DNA of 64,000 nucleotides. Source: Epiperipatus broadwayi. Its lineage: Eukaryota; Animalia; Onychophora. The stretch lies in assembly GCA_028023455.1 (NCBI GenBank), contig JAQFVV010000009.1, forward strand, positions 18,042,001 to 18,106,000, in the 5' to 3' direction. Positions 14,239 through 27,400 of the stretch are shown here, piece after piece; the stretch's first letter is position 1, and each line of letters begins with the position of its first letter. The position numbers and the translations under genes were made by a program. The notes under the pieces are model-generated. The model had not been told where the DNA came from. It did not search any database and saw only the letters and a program-made list of their open reading frames with translations.

Positions 14239-14442
14239 GGACTTAAGCGACCGGGTATGTCTGGAATGTTCTGAAAGTCTCCCGATAGTACATCAATCAC
14301 CCTGCGCACAATGGGGCCTGTGAACTGGCTGAGATGAAGAGGACTTAAGCGACCGGGTATGTCTGGAATGTTCTGAAAGTCTCCCGATAGTACATCAATC
14401 ACCCTGCGCACAATGGGGCCTGTGAACTGGCTGAGATGAAGA
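14239..14442. repeat. Perfect 102-bp (34-codon) tandem duplication inside L1 ORF2
   Basis: 14239-14340 equals 14341-14442. The peptide LHLSQFTGPIVRRVIDVLSGDFQNIPDIPGRLSP appears twice in the ORF track. Confidence 0.95.
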
Positions 14443-15792
14443 AGCACAAATCTGGAAATTCCATGAAGTCCAGGATGTGTGCTTTCTGGATATGACTGCA
14501 ATTTTGCAATTATGTGCCTCTCTGTGATATTGTGCTCAACATTATCACTTGATGCTTTCCAGGTTCTTATTGTTCTGTAGTTTGTTAGTGAAGTGGTCAT
14601 GTATTTTTTTGAGCATTTCAGGACCACTGTATAAATTCTGATTAGTTTCAATCATGGTAGGGGTGGGCCGTTTTGCAGCACCAAGTGCCCACCTGATGTA
14701 GCTACATGTCCAGTTTTGACGATTAGATAAGAAGATTTTGGATCTTTTAACGGATATATAGTGTGCTAGGACCTTCTGCTTCTCATGGTATTGTGTTTTT
14801 AGTTCCATAATATCCTGAGTGCTGATGTCTGTAGGTGGGAGAGAGCTGAGTCTATTACTGATGGATTCTAGGTCCTTTAACTGCTGATTGGGACCTTTGG
14901 TCTTTCTTGTGTAGGAATCTATTAGTGTGCTCAGTATTCCAACCAGCGATGACCAAGCTTGAAGCGGCGGTAGGGTGAGAACATTTATTTTATTTAGAAG
15001 AATGTATGCCTCCGAAAAGATCCACTCGGGAGTGTTGGTTTTATTTAATAACCGTATTGTGTGCAAATGGTTTGTATGTATTGCTATGGAAGGGTCTATC
15101 TGGAGGTTGATTAGTAAAGCTAGGTGATCTGAAAAGGGTACAAATTGCAGTTTGGCATCTAGGTTATAGTGAAGCTCAGGAGTATAATATAACCAAGTCT
15201 ATTAATGATCTTTTTTGAAGTGTATAAAAGGAGAAGGACTCGGGAGGAAAGAAACCCTCTCCACACAGAAGTACTCTGTTGATCAGTGGCAGGTATTTAG
15301 AGTTGAACCTATCATAGCTTATGTTGTAATCTCCAAAGAAAATGATCGGAGAGGCATCAGAGGAAAGAAGGGAGTTGATCTTGTAAATCACTGAGAGGGC
15401 AATGGTGGGATCGTTTTTGATATATAGATATATTATATTGATAGAGTAGTTACTGATGGATAGGTTGGCAATCACTAGTTATTTGCTGAGATATAATAAT
15501 TTAAATTAGTTGAGAGGGAGATTCTTATTTATGAGGATAGCAACACCGGATGATGCAGAGATGGAATGTGCATAATGAAAAAAACCATATTGTTGCATTA
15601 ATTGAGCTATGTTGGGGTTTGACTGCAGATGTAGCTTGGTTTCAGAGAAGCACACAATGTGTGAATTCATTTTCTCCAGCCATCTCTTGACTGCCCATAC
15701 CCGATTAAGGGAATTGAGGCCCCTGACATTTATACCTCCAATTTTTAGCAGCATAACCGATTTGATGAGATTGTGTTAGTGTGTTACTTGGT

Positions 15793-18202
15793 TTATTCAT
15801 TAGTGTGATGATGTTCAGCATGGACTGTCAGCTCATCCGCTTTATGAGATTTTATGTTCTGTCTCTGTGTGCCTGGACTTCCTGCTCTAGATGGTAATGT
15901 CATTTGTTCATCTGTTTTTTTGAACTCATTTACTTGGAAGGTAGTGTTCATCTGATTATTTGTGATTGTTGTAAGTTCCATTAAGCTGCTATCTTGATTG
16001 GATTGTGTTTCCATTGTTTTGGTTCTCTTTTCTTTTTTTCTTCTCAGATGAGACACTTTATGTGACACGTTCTGTGTATGGTTTGGTTCTATATCTGAGT
16101 CTGCTGTGGAATAACTTGTTTCTTCCAGATTTGAGCTTGAAGATTCAAGCAACTTTCTTTTGTTTTTTGAGACAGTTAATTCTGTGTCAGTTGTTTGGGA
16201 GGCAAGATTTGTTGGATGTTCCTTGTATGCAGTGTTTTGAGGATGAGGTCCCTCTTTAGAGTTAGTTGTGGCAATAACATTAAGTGGGTGCTGAGATATA
16301 TGATTGGTTTCAATGTGTTGTGTTACAACACTGTTGTCTTGAAGATTGAGCTGGGTTTTTTCTAAAACTTCTTGTTCATTTGTGTGGACTACATCCATTT
16401 GTGTTTCATTTGTTACATGCTCTATTTGATGTGCATTGCTATTATAACTGGAGTGATGTGAATATGGTGAATTTTGAGTGGATGTGTTACATTTGTGGTT
16501 TCTTGTTTTGTTGTTGTTGCATATCTCGCATATTCTCTTTGGGCATGCTTTAAATAGGTGAGTGCGATCTCCACAGCTAAAGCATTGTGGTTGCACTCCA
16601 CAGATGGAAATGTAGAGTGGACACTTCTTTTCCTCTAGTGTGGATGGAATATCAAGAGGAGTGTATCCTTTGTGTAATTTGATTGTGAATGCCACAATGT
16701 TTGAGGGAAGTTCCATGTCTGCTCTTTTTTCATTTAGATATTTAAAGCTGGTGATAACTTCGTATTTGGATAATAGCCTTTGTAGATCGAGTTCTGCAAA
16801 GTTTACATAACAATTGCGAGCCAACCCATATGCAATTCTGGGTCGATTCATTTCTATTTTGACTAAATATCTTTGATTCAGAAAAAGTTGGTTCCGTTTG
16901 AAAATTTCTTTCTGGAGCAGATTGTGAAACTCAACAATAAAATATTGTCGGTTAGGGTGATGATAAACTCTTTTCACAGCCTCCTAGTTTTTTTTTTTTT
17001 TTACCAGTTCAAAGAATTCATTTATTGGAAATGTAAACAAATTACAATTGTCGTTTGTTGTGCTGAGGATCAATGTGTTGTCATTATGGTAGTTCAGAAA
17101 TGAATTAAGGAGTAATGGTGGAATTCTTGAGTTGAATTCCTGATTGATGGTTTCATAGTTGTTTAGCGGTTCTTGTAAGCATAGTTGTTTAAGCTGTGAG
17201 TTGATCTGTTCATTAATTGGTGTGCTAATCTTTCCTCTACAAAGTCAAGAATGTTATGATGTTGAGTTTGATCATTTGAAATTATCTTCTGAGAGTTGTT
17301 TGGTTAGAGACCATCACCTCGGTTTGCGATTGAGAGTGCATTGATATCTTTTGATTCGTGTCTGTACTGATATTAAACTGACTGTTTTTGTCTTTATTAT
17401 TGGTGTTATTAGCTTTATTATTTGAGTTTAGGCTAGGAAAATCTAATTTGTATATATTTTGTGCAATTTGTAATTCTATCGCTCGGTTCTGGTTTTTCGA
17501 TTTAATGCAGTTCATATCGAAATTTCCGTTGTTTGATTCAGAATATGAATTTCGGTGATTATGTTGTTGTGGTGGCTTATTTCCAAGAGACTGTGGGTGG
17601 GACCATGTTTTATTACTTGCTTCTGGATTATTGTACTCCAAAAGTTGATCTAAATTGGTATTTTGACCCAGAATCTTCTCGTTACGGTGATCGGAGGCTG
17701 TTTCCGGTACAGCACCACCGGCACTATTAGAAATTTTAGAGTTGCTCGTAACGATTTTCTGAACTCCGTTTTCTGTTTGTGGTAAATCATTTTTGGTGAT
17801 TATACTTTGTTTTTGATTGTTTTTATTTATATTGTGTTGGGCTGGAATAAATTTAACGTTTTCAAGGTAGCCGGAGTTTATTTCTGATTTTTTAATATTT
17901 ACGAATAAATCGGTAATTGCGGTAGATTTATTTGAATTTTCTATCACTTCAATTGTTTGTTCATAATCCATTGAGGTTTCTTCTTGCTTTTTAGAACTAT
18001 TGCTTGTAGTTTTGGGATTGACTAAACCAGTTTTATCATTACCAAATGATTTATGGTGCATATATTTGTTTTCCACTTCATCTAGTCAAAGGCTTGTAGA
18101 AAGCTTAGCCAGGGATTTATTAACATTACTGTCACTATGCGATCTAGTAATCAGACATGCATTGAAACTTTCATTTCCTAATAATTTGAAAGCGCTACTC
18201 AT
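15793..18202 (-). pseudogene. L1/Tx1 ORF1 (gag-like) with a long N/S/Q-rich N-terminal region
   Basis: CFSCGDRTHLFKAC (CX2CX4HX4C) followed by CEIC...HKC. ATG at 18202 is in frame, through a single TGA (18088-18086), with ORF 17282-18076. Frameshifts near 17.3 kb and at the A run near 16990 link it to ORF 15793-16977. Confidence 0.8.
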
Positions 18203-19889
18203 TTTGTATTTAGAAAGTTAAAGAGTTTATTGAAAGAAAATGCAGTTAGCCTGAAGGGGAATGTAACTTAGAAAAATTAAACTATTAAAGAAAAAAAAGA
18301 AATTTAAAAACTAAAAATCTCTCTTTTCACTTATTTTAAGAATAAGGAATACCTGAATAGAGATTGAGTTTAAATATAAAAGAAATAAATGTATGCGTAT
18401 AAATAAAATATGAAAATTAAATATTAAAATAAAGGAAAGCTTATAATTGAATTTAAAAATTCCCTCAAAGATTGTATATACTGATAAGCTGCATAGGAAT
18501 GGGATTAGCAATGGCTATTAATTAATTAAAATCCATAAACAACAGGACTAATTAAAATGCATCTTATCCAAAATTTGATCAACATAAGCAGTGGACGGAT
18601 TTTGAAACGGATTTAAAATTAATTAAGAAATAACAACAAGATGGCACCACATAAATAGGACTGAAAATTTCTTCATTTAGTCATTCACGTATTTAGATTC
18701 AATCACCTATTATACTCTTATTTTTTAATGAATACCATACCATGCTAAGCAGAAGTTGGAGCATGCGACCAAGCTCCAGCCTTCATCCACAAGAACATCA
18801 GCAGTCTGCTCAATAGAAGCCATGCCTGTCTAATAATTTGAAGTCACCAAGAATGTCGAACTGCCTGAAGTAAGAAGTAGTTCAGAACCACAATTGTCAG
18901 GACTGCATCAAAAGCCTAAAATCCAACCGGTTGGTAAACCACATATGCAGCAGCAAAGAGCCAGAAGCCACAACATTTAAAATCCTATAGGTAATAATAT
19001 TTTCTTATTCCCATTTCTGATTTTTTTATATTAATCTATAAATAGCCATTGCAATCTTTGAGTATCTCCAGAGTCAGCATAAATGAACTCTATAGCCAGT
19101 ATATAATGAACTGTAGTATGTGCAGTTCACGTGTTTCCTAATGTATCAAATAAATAATTACAGTTTCAAACCATGAAATAATTAGCTGTAATTCCAAGGT
19201 TGTGTGTGCTCCATCCATATAGTGTTTATATTACATGTTTTATTAAGAGGGTGTGTAGCTATCATATATGAAATCATTGTTTATTTAATTAAAAATTGAT
19301 AAAATTAGTTTACAAATTATAGTAAACATTTTTTTTTAAAATAAAGTATTTGTCTGTCAATTACTGTCGGTCAGTTCTTTTAATTATACTACAAAAACAA
19401 TTTAGCAAAGAAGTTATACAAGCAGTTTATTGAATTATATTTCCGTTGATCTAGTTGGGATATTCAAGTGATGAGTTAGTAGCTGTCATCCAGGGTATGT
19501 TAGTTACTTCTTGTAATTAACTGGTGCCTGAAGTTTACTTCAAAACAAACAAAAGTAGTTTGAATGACAGAGTTTGAATTCAGCAGTCAAGAAGTTCTGT
19601 AACCTGGAAATATGGCTGTAGGTTATACCTTGTGTAACCTTAGTCTGGCTACAGGTACCTCTGGTATTGTGCTTCTCTGCCTGAGGGACTGGTGTGATGC
19701 AATACTTAAATTGCAGCTGGAGTAGATCGAATTTATAATAAATAATTTTATAATATTGTCATATTTTTATAAAAAGAAGTCAACAATTTGTTTTACAATT
19801 TTGTTTATCACAATGATATTTTTTTATTAAAGAGTAATAAACATTTTATTCTATATTCATTTTTTTTATACTCAATCTATCTCCCACCT

Positions 19890-22800
19890 GGTTCAATATA
19901 TATATATATATACACACACACAAAAGAGCAAATTGCATAATACATATAAGATAAAACTTATTTACATGATATGCTTTATTGTTTCTAACCTATGGCGCGG
20001 TCAGTCTTATTTTAAAGAAATAATGATTTTAATTGCACATTATAGATAGTTCATATTCACTCAGCGCTAAAATTGCATTTGTTGCTTTAGCAAAGTCTGA
20101 TGCACATGAGCATTGTGTGTCATGAACTCATGCATCTATTTGGCTGGCTTTCAAATCATTCACTGGATTGGAGTTATGCTCTTAACAGTAATATGTTATT
20201 AAATGTGAGCTATTAATTTTAAAAGCACACTGCAACTTGACACAATTATTCGACTAGCTTACTGATGGTTCTTCTTAATTTATTTTACTGGCAATCATAT
20301 ATGGACATGAACACCCACCCTACAATAATTCTTATTAATCTCTTTTAAATGAAATGAATTAACTAATCATCGAGGGATAACACTGTTGGTGAATTTAATA
20401 AGTTGAAATAGTAATGAACTTTTAATACAAAGCCAATAGAGTGATTCAATCAGTATTTTAAATCCCTACACAAATTACTCCCTTTCTCCACTTAAAGCCT
20501 TTTAGGATTAATTATTACAAAATCCAACCCTAAACAAACATTATATATAATGTGACATATAATGTTCCTGAGACGTATATGTGAATTGTCAGAATCTGCA
20601 ATATAAAAAGGGAAAATATCAGATTCTGATCACTGTAAGACAACACCAGGATACAAGTTAACAAAACTATTTAATCTATACATAGAGATTAAATCACTTA
20701 AACCTGATAACAAGCTTGATCCCTTTTGTGAAAGAAAATAGCCTAGGCACACATATCAAAATGGTATTAACTAATAATATTTCTCTCCAACAGAGTTTAT
20801 TTAAAAAACTATTATAAAATAACTATTCTAATCTGCCTTGAGGGATAGATTGAATTTTATTCACTGAACTATGTAATGATTAAATAATAATAAAAACCAA
20901 GTACATCATTAATATAAAAAAATAAACAATATATATATATATACACACACAAAAGAATGAATTACATAATATATATATATATATACGGTAAAACTGCTGA
21001 CAGTCTTATTTTAAAGAAATAATGAGTTTAATTGCACATTATAGATAGCTCATATTTACCCATTCCTAAAATTGCACTTTTTTCTTTGGCAGCGTCTGAC
21101 ACCCTCAAGCATTGCATGTGATGAGCTCATGTATTTCAAATCATTTACTGGAACAGGGTTATGCACTTAATGGTAATCTGTTATTAAGTGCAAGTTATTA
21201 AGTTTAAAAGTCCACACTGCACATTGATACAATTTTCCGACTAGCTAAGTGATAGTTCTTTATTCTTTTTGTGCATTGGATGTGGTATTATGCTTCTTCA
21301 GATGTAGAGAGCATTTCCCTGGGAGGAGATCAAGGTTGATCTAGCCAGAAACATGGTTAAACTTCTTGAAACCAGATGGAAGAATAAGAATAATAGCTTT
21401 TGAAAACAGCATTTCTTTTTATGTCATTTCAAATACACTCCCTCCTTTTACTCAGCATTTTCTTATTTAAACTTTTACACTTTAGTTCTAAGTTTAGAAC
21501 ATTTATAATAGCCATTCAGCAAGAAAATACTTTCTTTTGTTATTTTGGCTCCAAGTTTAATTTTTTTGTCTGGGTTTTTACCAAATTATAGATACATTTT
21601 TAGGTGCAATTAACTCATTCAATTTTATAAAATTTCTTGAATTCTTATACATCAAACATCAAAAATATAATAGCACTACAATACAAAAGTAAACAAATAA
21701 AACTTGCCGAATACCTCTCCATCAAAAGAGCTAAGCTATACCTGGAGTCTCAGCACTGTTGGACTCGAGGATACATTCGCTGGGCTCTTGGAACCACAAA
21801 AAATAAAAATGTACCAAACATGATCACTCACAAAGGTCAATCCTGGATTGGACTGCAAATGATAGAGGGAATCAAACAACACTTCCAAGACTCCCTACAA
21901 GCTGAGCCAGAACCACCAACAACCACCTGGAATGAATCTGAAACTGCAGACCCTCACAATATCACACACAAAATAATACACAACAAATTAGCATCACTTC
22001 CAGACAGAATACATCCGGGCATTCATGGCATTCCTCGTTTTCTCATCTCCCATCTTAGCCAGTTCTCTATTCCAATAATAGCACAAATGATTGACTATCT
22101 GGCCGAGGGTAGGAAAAACATTCCAAACCTCTGCCCTATAGCAATGGTTCCCTTCCTCAAAAAGAACAAACCTCCAACAGAACTTTCAAGTCTTCGACCA
22201 ATTTCAATGGTAAATCATAGAGTCCATTATAAAAGACTCAATCCAAGAATGCATACTAAAACACCTTTCCAATGCACAATATGCAAAAAAAGGTTCATCC
22301 ACCATCCTAGCCATGGCCCAAGTTAAAACCCTTGTAAACTACCTTAGGACTCACAAAAAGACAAAACCAATTGCCCTACAACTTGATATAGCCGCAGCGT
22401 TTGATTCTGTCAGGACCAATATTCTTCTCAAAACACTAGCAGAATACTCCGTACCTAATCCCTTCCTACAAATCATTGACAACCTGCTCAATAACCACCA
22501 AATAATGATATCTCTAAATGGGAACACTTCCAGTTGCTTCAAACCTACACTCTCCATCCCACAGGGCTCTCCCCTCAGTGCTCTCCTATTTGCAGCATAC
22601 ATTAACCCTCTCCTTGTTGACATCCAAAGGCAACTGCCTGGCGTCTATGTGCCGTCTAAAGAAAGAAGTAGGAGTGCTGGCATACATGGATGATATACTC
22701 ATAATATTACCTTCACACAAATACCTTCCTCTCCTCTACAAAATACTAACCAAATACACTTCTCAATATAAACTTACCTTTAACCTCCAAAAATTGGCAA

Positions 22801-24461
22801 CATGGAAAATTGCAACTGGAAAAAGAATCAACAGCACCTTTCTGGGTGAGCCGCAAAACTTCCTTGGAATACCATTTTATAAACCCCCAGCCACCATCAC
22901 CTCACTAATTCAAAATGACATATTAAATTCAGCTAATAAAATAACATCTCTCTCCAAAATATACCTTTCACTGCATGGAAAGGTAACCATATTAAACAAA
23001 GTCCTTTTTTCTAAAATCAACTATTACTTACCAATTGTTAAATTAACAAAAAAATTTGAAAACAAACTTAACTCAATGTGCTCTAAAATTTTTTGGGGTG
23101 GCAAGACAGTCGCCATTAGCATTGGAGGGATGCGCCATCCATCTAGGCTCAACGGATTGTCCCTCCATGCAGTCTCAACTTTCACCCTGCAAAAAATTCA
23201 TAATCTCATCCACAAACTCTCATTAACTTTCGACAATCTAGAATTTGCTCCAACAATCTCCCCCACAGATCAACCACCACCACATAAACAGGACTGGATC
23301 CTATCCCTCTCAGCCTACTACTTCAACCTAACTAAAAGAAATCCACCCTCATACAATTCAAAAATAACTTATTGGGAAGCCTATAGCCTACAACACCCAC
23401 ACAGCCAAGTACAGGATTGCAGGCTTAAAATAACAAATAAAAAAATCATCTCCCAATTTAGGCTCTGGAGCCTGGAAGCCAAATATCTTGACTTTGTGAT
23501 AAAGTTAAATCTTAACGCACTTCCCACTAGATCGTTTCTAGTATACAGAAGAAGCCGTGGCAACCTGGATCCCCAATGTCAGCTCTGTCAGCGAGAGGAG
23601 GAAACAATTGACCATATCATTAACATATGCCCTAAGTACAACTGCATCAGACAGTTAATTCACTCTAACTCTAAAATAAACTACAACATGATCACCTCTA
23701 TTCAAAGATGCCTAGGCACAAAAACATATGCTTGGATCCGACTGGCCATTTTCCTCACATTCTCATTTTGGCTGGTACGCTGTCAACTAGCCATTGAGGA
23801 TTCAAGTCGAAACCCAGCTTTCACTTTCATTGACACCATTACGAAAATAAAGAAAAGAGATCAAATGCTTGCCTCCAACAGCACCTTTGATGACACTTGG
23901 AAACTCTTTGAGATTCCAATACTGCAGCAATAGTATAAGTGACAACTCAACCACATGTAACAACACAATAGCCCTAAATGACTACAAGACATAAATCATA
24001 GCATATGCACAACCTGTGCTATATTAGGCAAACATCACCCACAAAAAGAGAACTTTATAAACATTGAGATGGTCCCAACTGTGGCACATGAACAACCTAA
24101 ATGTCTCACAGATCAAAGTTCCAATATAAACTTTAGTTCCAATACAAACTATTACACTTGATTGTAACTTGTAAATCATATTAAATTTGTTAAATAAATT
24201 TCTTTTTAGAAAAAAAAAAAAATTATATTTTATCAATGAAATGTATCTTATTTCCCCACCACCATTACTATTAACTTACCAAAAGTATAATTAAAATTTT
24301 CAAATAAACCTGATAACTATAATTATGTATTTAGCATTACCCATCTATTTTTGAGAATTTATTTATTAACTAAATAAATTTTACCTACAAATGTAATAAA
24401 ACTAGATATAAATAAAAAATATCTAATATTCTATTATGAGATGGAAAATATCATCTCATCA
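19890..24461 (-). repeat. LTR-like repeat family A, copy 2 (putative 3' LTR of the Gypsy remnant), with a ~1-kb-period internal duplication and an L1 insertion
   Basis: 20290-20930 matches 28130-28815. 19890-20280 recurs at 20930-21260. On the minus strand it starts TGATG at 24461, right after the purine tract AAGTGAGGAG (24471-24462). Confidence 0.55.
21651..24222 (+). mobile_element. 5'-truncated L1/Tx1-type LINE (ORF2 RT and C-terminus)
   Basis: LDIAAAFDSV, IPQGSPL, YMDD and CQLCQREEETIDHIINIC. Homologous to the 12-15 kb ORF2 (YIRWALG, HPG.HGI.RF). AATAAA at 24193-24198, poly(A) at 24210-24222. Confidence 0.92.
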
Positions 24462-27400
24462 CTCCTCACTTGGGGAAAAATAAAAAAGAATCTTAACTCT
24501 CCCGTCTATTCTTTTCTTTTGAAAACTTTTATCCCTTTCTTCCCATATACTGTAAAAGCATTTGGCCGACATTTGTGAATAATTTAGTACGGTTCTTCAT
24601 ACAAGGAGAAGAATTTTTTTATATTGATTTAAACTAGATTTACTCACAAATTGAGTCTTAATGAACACCCAATCACCTATTTGGAAAGGAAAACTTACTT
24701 GCTGACTCTTCTTGCAAATCCCAGCCATCTTTTCAGGCTTCTAGCAACCTATCTGAATGTATATTTACAGTATCCGGGTGGAGGAGTACTTTACATTTAA
24801 GTAGCGAGGGCACTAATCTCCCATAATGTAAATATTGTGGAGTTAGTTTAGTAGATTCATGGTGAGTTCAGTTCATCTTCTTTATAATTCTAGGTAACAC
24901 ATTAAACCATTGCGTATGGTTTCTATCCAGCTGGGTTCTTTTTTCACAGAGATTAGACTGCAGCCTTCTAATAGACATCAACACATATTTAATTTGTTCC
25001 TTCTCCACCAGTTATCCCACTCTTTTGATACGAACAGTACTGTGGACACTTAGAATGGATAATTGTATATCCATCTGAGGAAACTATTTTTTAAGACATG
25101 TTTTGTACTTTTTGCGTGGGCAAACTTGGAAAATATATCATAAGTAAACATGAATTTATATTGCTAAAATGGGGGCAGTGGCTCATGAAAATCAATAGCC
25201 AGTAATTTGTTTAGGTTATCAGGCAATATTGTCTGTAGTGTAAGGTATAATTTTGATTAGACAATTTGTTTTTGTGGCACACCTGGCAAGATTTAAGGGT
25301 AGATATTGTCTACCTTATGCACACCATAATGACTGTGTTTGACAAGCATCCTGAATTAAATGAGTTTGCAAAGCATGAGGAATGACAATTCTTCAGCTAT
25401 TGCTGTACACTTTAAGTTGGAAAGCCAAAAGTCCATTAATCAGTTTTTCTCCATTCTTCTGTTGACTTAATCTCTTGTACGCAGTGTGTAGAACTGGGAA
25501 TGTGCTGTTACAAAATCATACCATATCCATAAGCACAATCAGTCTCTTGGAAATAAGATAACCATTTCATATTCTCTATAGATTTATCAACACTCAATGT
25601 CATAATGGTAAATTGGGCCCCCTTTAGGGATAAATGTTGTGAACTACTCCCTACCAGATTCCAACTTAAAATGTCAGTAACAATATTATCTCGCACCATA
25701 CAATATATCTTGTAATTAAATTTTTGCAAAAACTAATTTCATCTAATCAAATGATCATTCATCACCTAACTCCATCTAATCAAATGATAATTTGTTAGGT
25801 AACACCTATTTATAAACTTCAAACCTTATAACCAGTAATGACAATAATCATGGCCCCAAGTAACAAATGTTTTAACTTACTAAAAGCTCATATGATTGCT
25901 TTCAGCCATAGTTAATGATTGATTAAGAAAGTATACTTTAGGGACTTGGTTGCAATCTTCTTGAAACAAAACAACTTCCAACCCACATAACTGCTGCCAG
26001 TCTGTAATAGAACTAGCTTTGTTAAAATCTGGATTAACTAAAGTTATGTTTTTCTTTTTTTGTTTAATCCATTCAAATGCCCACTTTTGTGGATCTTGCC
26101 ACTCCCACTTGGTATCTTTTCGGAGTAAAAGTAATAATATTACTGTATCAATAGAAAAAAATTTATAGAACCTCTGGTAAAAATTACAAATTCCTAGAAA
26201 CGATCTCACTTGTTTCTTATTATGAGGTTTGGGAACCCATGAGGTTTGGAAACCCGAGCAATTGCCTCAATCTTTTCTGGATGAGGCTTTTCATGCCTTT
26301 CTTATTTACTACCTGGCCTAGAAATATTATTTTCTCCTGCATCAGCTAACTTTCTTACTATTAATCATTATGTTGGTTTTATGTATATATTTTTGCAAAA
26401 AGGTTGCTGTATTTTACAGATGTTCTTGCTGGTCATTCAAGGCTATGACATCATCCATGTAATAGTTGATAAATTATTTTACCTTTGGTGATAGAATCCA
26501 ATCAAATCAATACAGCAGCCCCGAGCCACTATTTCACAGACCAAAGGGAACTCTCTGAAATACATAAATATATCCTTTGTACTGAAAGGCTGGTGAAAAG
26601 ATGAGATTTTCTTTCCTTTAAATTTTATCAGTAAATCTGGAATTTTGAGACATACGTCACAATCAGGTATAGTAATGGCATTTTGATGAAGATTGTTTTC
26701 TAATGATACCCCAATCCTCCATTTGTTTAATTTCTTAATTAATTTCTCTATATTGTATGGGAATAGGGTCCGCTATGAAAATGAGTCTCGGTTTCAAGCT
26801 GAATGTGGTTAAGATATCCCCTTATAACATTTGGTTTGACTGAAAATACATCTTTATAGAGTTTCAGTATCTCTTCTATTTGCTGGACTATAACCACGTT
26901 AGTCTCTTTTATATTTATAATTTTTTATTAAATATCTTCCAATACATTTCTTTTTGTTATATATGTTACCTTTGTGATTATTTGCTCTTTTCTGCTATAA
27001 AAAAGTATTATTACATCTTTGATCTGAATTGACTTATCTTTTATGATTTATTTTATTCTGGTTTGGGTGCATGAAGTCCATCACAATATCACATCTTATC
27101 ATCCTAACATTGACTGCAAAGGGTGCTTCAACACTTGCAATCCCACCTGCTCCTCTACATATACTTGCATAGGATCAAATTTTGCTTTTTTACTGTTAGA
27201 CATTGTAACTTCAGATTTTTTTAATGGAGAGTATTTGTATATCTTTATTCTCATTCACCTTGATATTATTTAACATCTTGTTTGATACTAAGGAAATTTG
27301 GCTTCCCAAATCCAACAAAGCATGCATTTCTTTACCATGAACTCTTATGGGTACAATTGGACATTTGTTTCTTGCAAGCATCGGAGTATTCACCTCCTCT

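Larger units (their letters stand above)
12341..15754 (-). pseudogene. L1/Tx1 ORF2 (APE endonuclease-RT-C-terminal zinc motif), broken by stops, frameshifts and two duplications
   Basis: APE motifs: INVRGLN, FSETK, SSGVAIL, GDYN, SLID, SDH. RT motifs: LDFTSAFDSV, IPQGSPL, YVDD. C-terminal CQLCSTAEETITHLLHDC. Confidence 0.92.
12197..18205 (-). mobile_element. Apparently full-length (6.0 kb) L1/Tx1-type non-LTR retrotransposon with inactivating mutations
   Basis: ORF1 has a CCHC knuckle; ORF2 has APE, RT and a C-terminal Cys/His motif. AATAAA and the A tail lie at 12195-12226. The 14-bp TSD GTATTTAGAAAGTT is at 12183-12196 and 18206-18219. Confidence 0.92.

Noticed and set aside
18086-18088. 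In-frame TGA in L1 ORF1 as programmed readthrough or selenocysteine
   Set aside because: The element has many other lesions; a CGA-to-TGA decay is simpler, and no SECIS was recognised.
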